IMG/VR virus record: IMGVR_UViG_3300032295_002982
Location: 20,266-84,265 of that record
DNA from: a virus
Lineage: Duplodnaviria > Caudoviricetes
DNA: 64,000 bases
Direction: 5' to 3' (one strand)
Part shown: one piece after another, positions 27,378 to 37,100 of the stretch
Position numbering within the stretch: the first letter of the stretch is position 1
Layout: the number at the start of each line of letters is the position of its first letter
Notes under the pieces: model-generated
Seen by the model: the letters and a program-made list of their open reading frames with translations, nothing else
What the model was told of the DNA's origin: nothing
The model's database searches: none
Translations under genes and position numbers: made by a program

Positions 27378-28297
27378 CCTTCTTGCTGCCTGATCACATC
27401 AATCTCTCGTGTCATGATGCCGCGATTGTACCAGTTGCTGCGGTAATGCTGTTTGAAAAACTCACTGTGTTCAGCTTCAAACAAGCACATAGGCAAATCC
27501 AACTGTGTGGCCAAATCCACGCCCACACGATTGGCCAAGATTCTAGCATCACTAGTGGCCACTGTGAGCCAAAGTTCATGCAACACATCAAAGTCTCTAA
27601 CCTGTACATGATCCCATGCCGTGAGCATGGTCATGTATGTGCCTTGTCTGGCTCCGGCTATGGCCCAGATACCGTTGTCAGCATCCATGCCCACATTGTG
27701 CCATATGGTGAGATGGTCAAGATTTCTTTGATGTACCTGTTGTTTGAAGTCTTCAACAGTGGGTCGACGTCCACGGTTTAGACACATTTTTACACCTTCC
27801 CTAAAACCTGCTCGCCAGGCCTGCTCTGGTGTGGCATTGGGATAGGTGGTTGAGTAACAGTCATGCATGGCCCAGTATCTAGGGTCAAAACAAAACTCCA
27901 CGGCTGTGTCATCACTGCCGTCACTGGCTTCGTGAGTGCGCATGTTCATCACAAAGTCTTGTGTCCAGCAGCTGATGCCACCGTTGCCATACATCAATCC
28001 GTTGATGTGATTACGACTCCGCCAGCGAAATACGCAATCGCGGTTAGTGTCATCCAGAACGAGCTGTTGGTTAAAAAACTCAGCGTCAGGAATGTTATCA
28101 CCATCAACAAGCACAAAGCGATCAGTGGTCGACGCCATCGCTGCCGCTTTGTGAGCGGCGTCAGACCCCGCAACACCATCCACTCGTCGTGCCCAGGGTA
28201 CCATGTTCCGAATACGTGCCCAATTTTCCTCAGCATTAGGTTCATCATAGGTCAAAAATATACAATCAAGGTCAGCTATATCAATCTGTTTGGTCAC
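27371..28297 (-). CDS. GT-A fold (GT2-like) glycosyltransferase
   Basis: CIFLTYDEP...RVDGVAG...FVLVDGDN (DxD)...AWRAGFREGVKM. Confidence 0.6.
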   Translation of the reverse strand: MTKQIDIADLDCIFLTYDEPNAEENWARIRNMVPWARRVDGVAGSDAAHKAAAMASTTDRFVLVDGDNIPDAEFFNQQLVLDDTNRDCVFRWRSRNHINGLMYGNGGISCWTQDFVMNMRTHEASDGSDDTAVEFCFDPRYWAMHDCYSTTYPNATPEQAWRAGFREGVKMCLNRGRRPTVEDFKQQVHQRNLDHLTIWHNVGMDADNGIWAIAGARQGTYMTMLTAWDHVQVRDFDVLHELWLTVATSDARILANRVGVDLATQLDLPMCLFEAEHSEFFKQHYRSNWYNRGIMTREIDVIRQQEGW

Positions 28298-28616
28298 TGC
28301 GTAGACTCCATTGGGTATTGGGTTGATGCTGTGAAACCACTATGGCAACATCACAAGGATGACAAGGTGTTCCTGTGCCTGGTTTCAATTTTGGCAAGCT
28401 AGGCAATGCCAGGGGAATGATCTTGCCATCGCGTATGCGTATTCGCATGCTGCTGCGATGATAGGTTTCAGCATCAATTGTGATGTATGTACCTGGTAGA
28501 TCTTCCATGCTGTAGCTTATTGGCTTTCCAGTTGTAGGATCATAGTACAATCTAAAAAACACCGGAGCCGGCTCCGCTGCGTCATGTAAGATTTTCCAAA
28601 ACTCTTCTGGTGTCAT
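28281..28616 (-). CDS. Hypothetical protein
   Basis: Start taken at MTPEEFW (28616), ATGA-coupled to the upstream gene. Confidence 0.7.
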   Translation of the reverse strand: MTPEEFWKILHDAAEPAPVFFRLYYDPTTGKPISYSMEDLPGTYITIDAETYHRSSMRIRIRDGKIIPLALPSLPKLKPGTGTPCHPCDVAIVVSQHQPNTQWSLRSDQTD

Positions 28617-29371
28617 GGCTGCCAAGTCTTGATATGATAATGAAATGCACCCCATTGCGCCACAGTTTGTATTCGCAAGGGATCAGTTTCCCACACCAAT
28701 TCACGACTCCAGTCAGCCTGCGTGGTTCCGGCATGGTGCTGTTTCATATGAACAATGCGTGGGTACGTGACTGTTGTTGGCAGTGTGCATTTGTCAACAC
28801 CGATGATTTGTGCAGCCATGGCATATACCAAATCAGTGCTGGGTGTTTCTTCTGCAAACTTGATCATCTGACGAAACTGTGACCAGTTGTGGAAAATTTG
28901 ATTTACCAATCGGAAAAAATCTCGTGCAGTTTCACTGCGCCGCCAGTAGGTGATGGCATTGTAAACGTCAGGCAAATGATTTTCACGAAAACAGCGACGA
29001 TAAACAGCAACATCACTGACTTCGTCACGCCAGTTCCTACAGCCTGTGCTGACAACAACATCGCGATGACGGAACATGGTCCACCAGTGATCTATGGCAC
29101 TAGCTATCAGCATGTCTGCTTCCAGCTTGACAGTTTCGCGATAGGGTGTAAGCCTAAACAGTTGCCCTTCGTTGGCATAGGGATTGTCACGATCTGGCAC
29201 AATACGACGCACATGATCAAACACAGGATCTGCTGATTCATGGTCTGTTACCAAACAGATTGACACATCTGGATGCCAGTGTCTAATGCTGTGCGCCAAA
29301 CGTGTGGCACAGGCCACATAGTCAACTGTGTCTGTGTTTACTGCAACAATGAGATATCCTTGTTCAATCAT
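28613..29371 (-). CDS. GT-A fold (GT8/nucleotide-diphospho-sugar transferase-like) protein
   Basis: GYLIVAVN...DYVACA..LA.SI; TVKLEADM; paralogue of the next gene. Confidence 0.6.
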   Translation of the reverse strand: MIEQGYLIVAVNTDTVDYVACATRLAHSIRHWHPDVSICLVTDHESADPVFDHVRRIVPDRDNPYANEGQLFRLTPYRETVKLEADMLIASAIDHWWTMFRHRDVVVSTGCRNWRDEVSDVAVYRRCFRENHLPDVYNAITYWRRSETARDFFRLVNQIFHNWSQFRQMIKFAEETPSTDLVYAMAAQIIGVDKCTLPTTVTYPRIVHMKQHHAGTTQADWSRELVWETDPLRIQTVAQWGAFHYHIKTWQP

Positions 29372-30170
29372 GAGCTGCGATTATGGCTTCTAGACTGGCT
29401 TTGCCCATGGCATGAAAATCCTGATTCACAATGGCATGACGACGTTGGCGCTTGTCTGCAGTGGTATAACATATTTCGTAATGGTCTTGCGATTTCTGCA
29501 CGAGCAGGTCACTGGTTAGCACTGTCACAAGGTTCCAAGGCACAGTGTCAAATCTGGGTGTGTGTCCGTTGGCTATACCCAAGGCAATTGACAGTGCAAA
29601 ATCATTTCTGTAGGTGCGCTTGGTTATGCCATAAAGATCGCAGTAGTGTTGCCAGTTGTTGCGAATCATGTTCATGCATGCAAACACAGTTTGTGCATAC
29701 TGACTCTTTCTAAACATCACCACTGTGGCCCAGGCCATGGGCATTTTATAATTGCCAAAAGTATTCAATCCTGTGAGTTCCTGTCCTCTGGCAGCATCCA
29801 CTGCTGTACCATGACACAAAAAGTCTTGATTGCTGGCCAGCAATGTAGACAATTGATCACTGGCCACAACATAATCAGCGTCCAATAACAACGTCTGTTG
29901 CCACGGTGACAATTCATATACTTCGGGTCTGCCAGCATTGTGCCATGTCACGGTAGCGTTGTAATCTTCAAAGTATCTAGTGCCGCCTGATTCAGCAGAT
30001 GCTGTAATCACACAATCCACTGCGCACAGTCTGGGATCTTGTGGTTGATTGGTTATCACGGCTGTGGGAAGACCTAGATGTCTCTTGATATTGGCCGCAC
30101 TCCAACAGGCCATGCCCACGTAGTCGGTGGCTTCGTTGTTGAAGGCAAGAATCACTGCACCCGTGGTCAT
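29364..30170 (-). CDS. GT-A fold (GT8-like) glycosyltransferase
   Basis: GAVILAFNN...DYV; TLLLDADY (DxD); WATVVMF; RNDFALSIA. Confidence 0.65.
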   Translation of the reverse strand: MTTGAVILAFNNEATDYVGMACWSAANIKRHLGLPTAVITNQPQDPRLCAVDCVITASAESGGTRYFEDYNATVTWHNAGRPEVYELSPWQQTLLLDADYVVASDQLSTLLASNQDFLCHGTAVDAARGQELTGLNTFGNYKMPMAWATVVMFRKSQYAQTVFACMNMIRNNWQHYCDLYGITKRTYRNDFALSIALGIANGHTPRFDTVPWNLVTVLTSDLLVQKSQDHYEICYTTADKRQRRHAIVNQDFHAMGKASLEAIIAAHD

Positions 30171-30472
30171 CGTTGACTGTTTGTCTGTTCAAACTCCACA
30201 TGCCAGGCATTCATTTGTTCCTGGTAATGTTGCTGTGCTTGAATCAAAAACACCTGACGATCAATGCGGATTGGATTGTCATAGAGATCCGCAAGATAGA
30301 TATCATCTGTTGGCCAAGTTTTTACAAATGCCAGGAGTTCAGGTGTGATTTGAAACAGTCCGCCCTGATGTGCTAGAATCAATCGGGCTTGGTATTTTTC
30401 TTTTAACACACGCCGGGCTGCTGCATGATCAAATCTTGCCCGTGAGTATTCATAGATATCATCTGTAGTCAT
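30167..30472 (-). CDS. Hypothetical protein, first gene of the 16 kb minus-strand operon
   Basis: 101 aa ORF, ATGA-coupled to the next gene. Confidence 0.75.
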   Translation of the reverse strand: MTTDDIYEYSRARFDHAAARRVLKEKYQARLILAHQGGLFQITPELLAFVKTWPTDDIYLADLYDNPIRIDRQVFLIQAQQHYQEQMNAWHVEFEQTNSQR

Positions 30473-30477
30473 GCTTT

Positions 30478-30506
30478 ATTATAAAGGTATTGCGCTCAAA
30501 AGTAAA
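30478..30506 (-). promoter_or_regulatory. sigma70-type promoter for the modification operon (probably leaderless)
   Basis: On the - strand: TTTACT-17 nt-TATAAT, then AAAGC and ATG 30472; no RBS. Confidence 0.75.
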
Positions 30507-30523
30507 GGGCCTTTTGGCCCTTT
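30497..30523 (-). terminator. Rho-independent terminator ending the tail-fibre transcript (possibly bidirectional)
   Basis: AAAGGGCC-AAAA-GGCCCTTT then ACTTTT on the - strand; a T run also follows on the + strand. Confidence 0.75.
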
Positions 30524-30526
30524 TTC

Positions 30527-31495
30527 TTAAACAACTGAGCTTGTAATAGTTGGTGTGCCCCAACTTTGTACAAGAAGATTGGTTGATGAGGGGAAGAAGT
30601 ATGACACCAAAGTACAAGGTGCGGTTCCAGGTGTGCCACTGCTGTCTGCCGTGCCTCCCGAAATTACATCACTGTCTGCATTTTGCCAAAGAGTAGTAAT
30701 TATTAATTGGGTTGACGCTGCATTTCTACTCAAACTCACCCTTATGAAATTGCCGGTGTAGGGAGCTGTGTCTGCATTTTGCTGATACACCGTGGTTGCT
30801 GCTCCGCCGGGAGTGAGATCGTAATATCCTGTGGTGCTTAGATTGGTAACCGGAACTCCTGTACCACCACTGCGTGTAGTGCCGGTATAGGCAACCCCTG
30901 CAATGGTCTGCGTGGCTGTTCCGCCGGTAAAGAACAAATCACTCATGAGAGTGGTAGCTAGATCATTCCATTCAGCGTCGCCAAGGTTGCCAGTACTGCT
31001 TTTTGAGGTTTCTAATCTTATTCTACCTCCAGCATTGAAGAAGTATCTTGCAGCGTCAGCTGACGCCCAGGTAATTGTGCTGGTAAAGGTGATGGTCCAG
31101 TTCGCGCCGCTGGTGGTTGTAGTCTTGGATTGTGCCCCAGTGTAGGTCACTACCTGTGCACCAGAAGCCACTGCATTGAGACGATTTGTGTTGATGTTGT
31201 TGATGTCTACCGCCACGTTGGCCAACACTGAAATCAATGTGTCCGCTACAGGTGCAGTTCTAGCAGTTATTGTTGTACCCGTGTGTGCACCAGCTGCAGA
31301 CAAACTGTTGACCAGTGTGGACCATTGAGTGGCAGCAACTGCTGTGACGTTTTGAGTCACTGTGCTGATAGTGGCTTGTCCCCAACCAGAATCCCCTGTA
31401 CCGGTGGCCCAAAAACCATTGATGTTGGGTGTGCCATTCTGTACAAAGTTGTTGTAATCTGTGGCTTCAATTAATCCTTGGCTAGTGTATGACAT
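30527..31495 (-). CDS. Virion structural protein (tail-fibre associated)
   Basis: Thr/Ala/Gly/Ser-rich 322 aa protein directly downstream of the fibre gene. Confidence 0.65.
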   Translation of the reverse strand: MSYTSQGLIEATDYNNFVQNGTPNINGFWATGTGDSGWGQATISTVTQNVTAVAATQWSTLVNSLSAAGAHTGTTITARTAPVADTLISVLANVAVDINNINTNRLNAVASGAQVVTYTGAQSKTTTTSGANWTITFTSTITWASADAARYFFNAGGRIRLETSKSSTGNLGDAEWNDLATTLMSDLFFTGGTATQTIAGVAYTGTTRSGGTGVPVTNLSTTGYYDLTPGGAATTVYQQNADTAPYTGNFIRVSLSRNAASTQLIITTLWQNADSDVISGGTADSSGTPGTAPCTLVSYFFPSSTNLLVQSWGTPTITSSVV

Positions 31496-31504
31496 GAGCG
31501 ATCC

Positions 31505-33340
31505 TTAGTTTTTCAATGTGACAATCGCATTTACCATGCCAAGCTCGGCAATGTTTTTATCTTCTAGGCAACGGCCAATCACGTTGAACGGTGTGATTTC
31601 TTCTCGCAATGCTACTCTAGCAATACCATCACCCGCACTGACCAGTCGATCACCCTTGCGAGCAGTGCCTATGACCTTGACTGGCACTCTGCCTGCCACA
31701 GCCACGGGAGGATGTGTATCATCCTCGCCTGCGCCGCCGTTCATGAGATATGCTGGTGCTGTTGAAATCACACCAAAAACATCATCACTGAGAGCTCCAC
31801 GTGCTCGTGTAATCTCTCTGATGCCGCCCAGTTCAACCACTGTGCCTGGCTCCAGGAATTCGTCTGCTGCAAAACGTTCTGCAACGTCAGAATACAGAGC
31901 TGATGTTGATGTTGCAAACACTCGGTTGAAGTAACCAGTTGAACTTCCAATATTGCCCACAGCATTGCCTGCCAAGTTCTGAATAGCAATAGTTCCGCCG
32001 CCGCTGTTGACACCAACCACACCGCTCGTGGTCAAGCCTGAAGTTCCCACAACCACTACGTTGGCAGTTGCACCAACTGTCATGGCAATGTTACCACCAG
32101 AAGTGTTGATTTCAACGTTGCTGGTACCGTTGACAATTTTGGTCACAGACACAGCGGCACTGAGTCCATCAAGCAAAGCTCCGTTGCCTAAAAAATATGA
32201 TCCAGAAATGTTGCCCACGGCAGTGATATTGCCTGCTGCAGAAACAAGGCCGCCGGTACGTAGGTTTCCGCCAGTGATGTTGGCGGTGCTTTGAATTGCG
32301 CCTGTGGCTGTTATCAAACCAGCTGTGCTAATGTTACCGCCCGTGATGTTACCAGTTACCGTAGCGAACCCACCTGTGATTAGGTTACCGCCTGTGACAT
32401 TACCTGCTGCACTGAGAGTAGTGCCTACTGTGGCTGCGTTGGAAATAGCCAGTGTACCGTTGCTACCTAGAGCTCGGGCTACGTTGTAAGTTGTGCCACC
32501 TACATTGGTTGTAATCACCAGGTTACCTGTGCTGATACCAGCAGCAATCACACCGTCGTTGCCAGTTTCAGAAATGATTACAGCATTTGCAGTGCCTACA
32601 AACAGTCCGTTGTCATTGTTGACCTGTAGTCTACCAGTGGTAGCTGTGTTGGCTGTTGCTCGCATGAAATCTGTTGAATCTAAATTGTCCAACAGATCAG
32701 AATTGGTTGCTGTACCACCAAACACCGGACTGCCTGAATTCCACAGAGTTATACCATTGTAAACTGCAGGAAAGGTTGTGTTGATGGGTGCAGCTGGAGT
32801 AAAAGTTGCATCTTTGCTGACAATGGCCACCCGAGTGTTGTTTACATACAGGCTGGTAATAAAGTGCGGACTCGCGCCACTGTCATTGATCGTTTCAGGA
32901 ATGGCACCTGTGGTTCCCTGTGTGCTGGTAAATGCCGGGCCCACCACAATGAATGCACTACCATTGTAGATTTTCAACTGTTGATTTCCAGTGTCCCACC
33001 ATAGGTCGCCAGTTTGTACAGAAATGGTTGGAGTAGTGCTACTAGCATTGGCTGTTGCCACCACTTTCCAGCCGCCCGTGGTATAAATTTTGAGTAGTGT
33101 ATTGGTTTTGTCAAACCAAAGTTGTCCAATCAAGGGGCTGGCCAATTTGGCCACTGTGGGGTTGCCGCCCACGCTGTTGCTGGAAAAGTTCTCCAACATC
33201 TGAATGAAGTTTTCGTCTAGAAATTCTCCATACCCTGCGTAGTTTTTGCCCACCAGCGTCACGCTGCTAGAGGTGTTGACTGTACCGTCTGCTACTGTGG
33301 CAAACACGTTGCCATCGGTCAAGTTAATTGTATATGCCAT
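31505..33340 (-). CDS. Tail fibre protein
   Basis: N-terminal anchor (LVGKNYAGYGEFLDENF...GDLWWDT), GN(I/V)TGGN repeats, C-terminal YSDVAERF...GRVPVKV domain. Confidence 0.75.
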   Translation of the reverse strand: MAYTINLTDGNVFATVADGTVNTSSSVTLVGKNYAGYGEFLDENFIQMLENFSSNSVGGNPTVAKLASPLIGQLWFDKTNTLLKIYTTGGWKVVATANASSTTPTISVQTGDLWWDTGNQQLKIYNGSAFIVVGPAFTSTQGTTGAIPETINDSGASPHFITSLYVNNTRVAIVSKDATFTPAAPINTTFPAVYNGITLWNSGSPVFGGTATNSDLLDNLDSTDFMRATANTATTGRLQVNNDNGLFVGTANAVIISETGNDGVIAAGISTGNLVITTNVGGTTYNVARALGSNGTLAISNAATVGTTLSAAGNVTGGNLITGGFATVTGNITGGNISTAGLITATGAIQSTANITGGNLRTGGLVSAAGNITAVGNISGSYFLGNGALLDGLSAAVSVTKIVNGTSNVEINTSGGNIAMTVGATANVVVVGTSGLTTSGVVGVNSGGGTIAIQNLAGNAVGNIGSSTGYFNRVFATSTSALYSDVAERFAADEFLEPGTVVELGGIREITRARGALSDDVFGVISTAPAYLMNGGAGEDDTHPPVAVAGRVPVKVIGTARKGDRLVSAGDGIARVALREEITPFNVIGRCLEDKNIAELGMVNAIVTLKN

Positions 33341-33365
33341 GTCAGTTACCTGTTCCTGTTTCCAA

Positions 33366-33373
33366 TATTTATA
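33366..33373 (-). promoter_or_regulatory. T4-type late promoter TATAAATA
   Basis: Exact T4 late consensus 25 nt upstream of the tail fibre ATG. Confidence 0.7.
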
Positions 33374-33974
33374 CTGCGTTAATGTTGCTCAACGTTTGAA
33401 TACGCAGTGTGTAATCAATTTGAATCTGGCGATTCAAGCTCTTTTGTACTGGGTGAAATATCACATGAGTAATCAAACGCAGATTGTCAGCTGCGCCGTT
33501 CCAGACCTTGAGTCCCAGTTCATCAAACACATATTCACCGTTGAAATTGGTTGAATTGTCAAATGCCTGCTGCTGCGGTGGCTCACCGTAGTCCAACAAG
33601 CAACTTACCAAAATATCACTGTAAAAGTTACCAGATGTGTGCAGCACTGTCATCTTGTTGTTCTGCGGATCCTGATTGGCAGCAGATCTATCATCCACAA
33701 CTTTTTGATAGGTTTGATTGTATAGATCAGCATTTTGTCCTGTAGTGTTGGGCGGCAAATAGGTAATCACGCCCGTGGCATCAACAGAGCTACCGCCGTT
33801 GCCAAATGCCATTTCATAGATATACCCAATGTTTCTGTTGCTGAGAGTCTGGGCCATTGCAATGCTGATGTTTTCATAGTTGATAGCATTGCGCTTGTCT
33901 ACAAAAACTGTGCCGTCAACGGGATCAAAGATCTTTACGAATCCCTCCATTTTTACGATGCCGGGTGTAATCAT
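33369..33974 (-). CDS. Baseplate/tail-fibre-associated structural protein
   Basis: MAFGNGG, FDELGL, IQIDYTL motifs and its position in the tail block. Confidence 0.6.
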   Translation of the reverse strand: MITPGIVKMEGFVKIFDPVDGTVFVDKRNAINYENISIAMAQTLSNRNIGYIYEMAFGNGGSSVDATGVITYLPPNTTGQNADLYNQTYQKVVDDRSAANQDPQNNKMTVLHTSGNFYSDILVSCLLDYGEPPQQQAFDNSTNFNGEYVFDELGLKVWNGAADNLRLITHVIFHPVQKSLNRQIQIDYTLRIQTLSNINAV

Positions 33975-34120
33975 CCTCGCTTCTCCACAATGGTTTTTTT
34001 GGTATTGGGATCAAATATGCGCAGATGAGCTTGCACATTGATGCTGCCGGTTTCGTTGGGTCGACGCTGTACATCGCTGGGGCGCAGTTGTTTGTCGTTT
34101 GGTAACTGTGTATTTGACAT
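33971..34120 (-). CDS. 49 aa protein MSNTQLPNDKQLRPSDVQRRPNETGSINVQAHLRIFDPNTKKTIVEKRG (absent from the ORF track)
   Basis: GATAAATA motif just upstream; TGA overlaps the next ATG; resembles the N-terminus of the downstream gene. Confidence 0.7.
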   Translation of the reverse strand: MSNTQLPNDKQLRPSDVQRRPNETGSINVQAHLRIFDPNTKKTIVEKRG

Positions 34121-34127
34121 GATAATC

Positions 34128-34135
34128 TATTTATC
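34128..34135 (-). promoter_or_regulatory. Late-promoter-like GATAAATA
   Basis: Intergenic, 7 nt before ATG 34120. Confidence 0.6.
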
Positions 34136-34140
34136 TTGTT

Positions 34141-37100
34141 TTAAAGCCCCCGCAAGAACCTTGCTGCCAGGGTATTGGTGTCTTGCAGTGCTACACCATC
34201 GCTGGGTGTACCATCGCCCGGAGCATACCAGGTTACCCCACGACGCACCAATATTGTAACCTCAACACCAGCTGCTGGGGCTCTTAGTTCAGGGTAAGCT
34301 GCTTGATCAATAACAAATTCCACAGCCACTGGATTGAAATCGGTCACAAACCAACGATATTCGCTCTGAGCTGTTGTGTCACTGTAGGCATATTGTCTCA
34401 CGCCACCAACATATACTTCAACAGCTTCTGCTGCCACAGTGCTGCTGTCACCGATGTTTTCTATGTCAATACTGGGAGCATAGAACAATGCCGTTGATCC
34501 ATCACCCAAGGTACTGTCGCTCACGATGTAGTCTTGATACTCAGGGAACAGCAGATTACCACGTCCAAGATCATACACAGCAGTACCAGCAGCATGATCT
34601 GCAGCTCCAGTACCTGCAGTACCACGCAATAAACTTGACAAGCTGTTGGTTGCTAGGTCACGTATGCGATACATGATACGTTCGCCACCAATGGTTACTA
34701 CCCCAAAGATTCCGTTCTCTAGATTGGGTTCAGTCAAGACCGAAGCATCAGTTACAAAAATCTCTGTGTCTGTTTGCAAGCAAGCTTGTGCCACAGTTGT
34801 GGTGGTTGCCGCAGTGATTCTATAGGTTGTCTGTACTCCACGCATGTCTTGGAAGATACGGAATGCCATGCTTTCTGGTACCACACTGTTGGTGAACTGA
34901 GTAACCACTACCACCTGAGCTGCACCAATTGCACCAGTTGGTAATATCAATTGGCCGTTTTCTACGCTGTAGTCTTCACCTTCAAACAGTCGCTCACCGT
35001 CAAGTGTTACCCATAGTCTACCCGGATCTATCACCCCACGACTGTTTTCTGGATCCAGTATGAAATCATTGGTGGGAAGTCCGATACCAATAGAATAGTC
35101 ATAAGATCCCGGGGTGCCATTTGCTGTAGCACTGTCAAAAGGCGTGCTGTCAAACGGTTCATCAATGGTGATACCAGTTGTGACCGGTCCCTTGAAAATC
35201 TGTGTAACAATGTTTTGTTGTTGCGTGTCGTTCCAAGTTATGATTTGGAATTCATCACCTAGATTTATTGGAGCCACAATTTCCAGTTGATTGCCAAATA
35301 CTACATAATCAGCCTGTGTGCTCACTGCTATCAATACTCTTGCACCTGCAGGAGGAGGCTCAAAGAATTGAACCTGACGTCCAGGAACCTCGCTGCCGCC
35401 CCAGGGAGTAACTAGATAGTCACCAGATTCTGGACCAGCTTCGGTTTGGATCTGCGGAATACCATTGACATATACAGTGACATCATTGCCGCTGTTGATG
35501 ATCTCTTGGCTGTAGCCGCTGCGTTGAGGAAGTCCAAACTGTACACTGCTGTCATCTCCTATCCATTCAATACCAGCAGCAGGTTGCAGTCGCAGACCAT
35601 TCTGAATCACAATCATGTTGACAGGATTGGTTCCGCCTGCAAAGTTATCAAGATCTATGAGTTTGGTATCAACATTGGTTTGTGTGGCCACACGTTGTTG
35701 AACCACTGGTGTGCTCCAACTGTATTGCACCGGTGTTGTTGGTCCAAGCACAGCTAGGGCCACACTGTGACCAGTTGGGAACACCTGGTTGAATTCAACC
35801 AGAGTCAACAGTGTGGGTGCGAATTCAATCCAATACAGTGTGTTGTTGATATCAATACCAACAGGAACGTCTTGAATAGCACGATAATAGTGTGTGACAC
35901 TGGTCACAATGTTGTTGACAACATCATTCTGCAGGTATGAGCCAGTGATTGTCCAGGCAGTGCTGTCAATGTAGGGACTGTAGGTTATGCCCGCAATAGG
36001 AATGGCATCATTGAAGGCTGCTATCTCAAATATTTCAGCTTCATTCACTGGAATGATCACCTGCGCACCACCGGCTTGATTGATGTCATCGCTGATGTAA
36101 TTTGCTCGATACAGTTGACTGCCGCCGCCTAGTTCGTAAACAGTGATATTGATGATGTCGCCCACACTGACTCGGAACGAGCTGGGCTCAATTGTGATGT
36201 CCTGTGCCACCCAGTCAATGGTGTAGTCAACACCAAGATAAAGTTCAAGTCCGGTTGTGGCATTGGCCACCAAGATTTGGAAATAGTTTTCTACCAGGCC
36301 TGCCCAACTATATGTGGCAAGCACAGCCGGATCATAGGTGTATCTAATGGCTCGCAACTGGAAGCCGTGGCCGTCAAAATTCCAGTCGCTGCCCGGACGA
36401 GTGATGACTCTGAAGTCCAAGGTATCAAATTCGCTGCCATTGACTAGTTCTTCAGGTGCATGGCCTTCGTAGGGACCAATGAATTCACCGCCATCAACAT
36501 TGATTGAGCTAAACCCAAGACCCAGTGTGGTGTCTGTGAATTCGCTGCGATACTCTGCATCAATTAGAGCAGGATCACCCAAGAAACCTAGGCCATAGAC
36601 CTGGACCCCTGGGTAGTCAACACCATCTATCAACAACGGCAATTCAAGGCCGGGTTGATTTACTGAAGGCACATACAGTCCCATGGTACGGTCAACTCCA
36701 CTCAAACCAGTGGCCACGTTAGAGCCAGGGTAGGTGTATGTTGCAGCGTCAACCAAGGTCCAATTGGCCAAGTCAAAATCTGGACCCACCACTGCCGAGC
36801 TGTCTACACTTGTGGCTTCGTAGACTTCGTTATTGTAGCGCACCAGTTGGCCGTTTTGGTAGGTGCCATTGGCACTCCAGGGTACAACACTGGGCACATA
36901 TTGATTTCGGTCAAATCTAATTGTGGTGCGGAAAATTCTTGGAGCAAAGTATGTGTTGATAGTCAGGGGCACCGAAGATTCACTGAAATTCTGACCTGCT
37001 GCACTGCCTGTCATTATAGCATAGGCTCTTGCACCTGTGCCGTTACCGCCTACAAACACAATTTCTGGTGTGGCTGAATAACCCACACCCTTGGTTGTGA

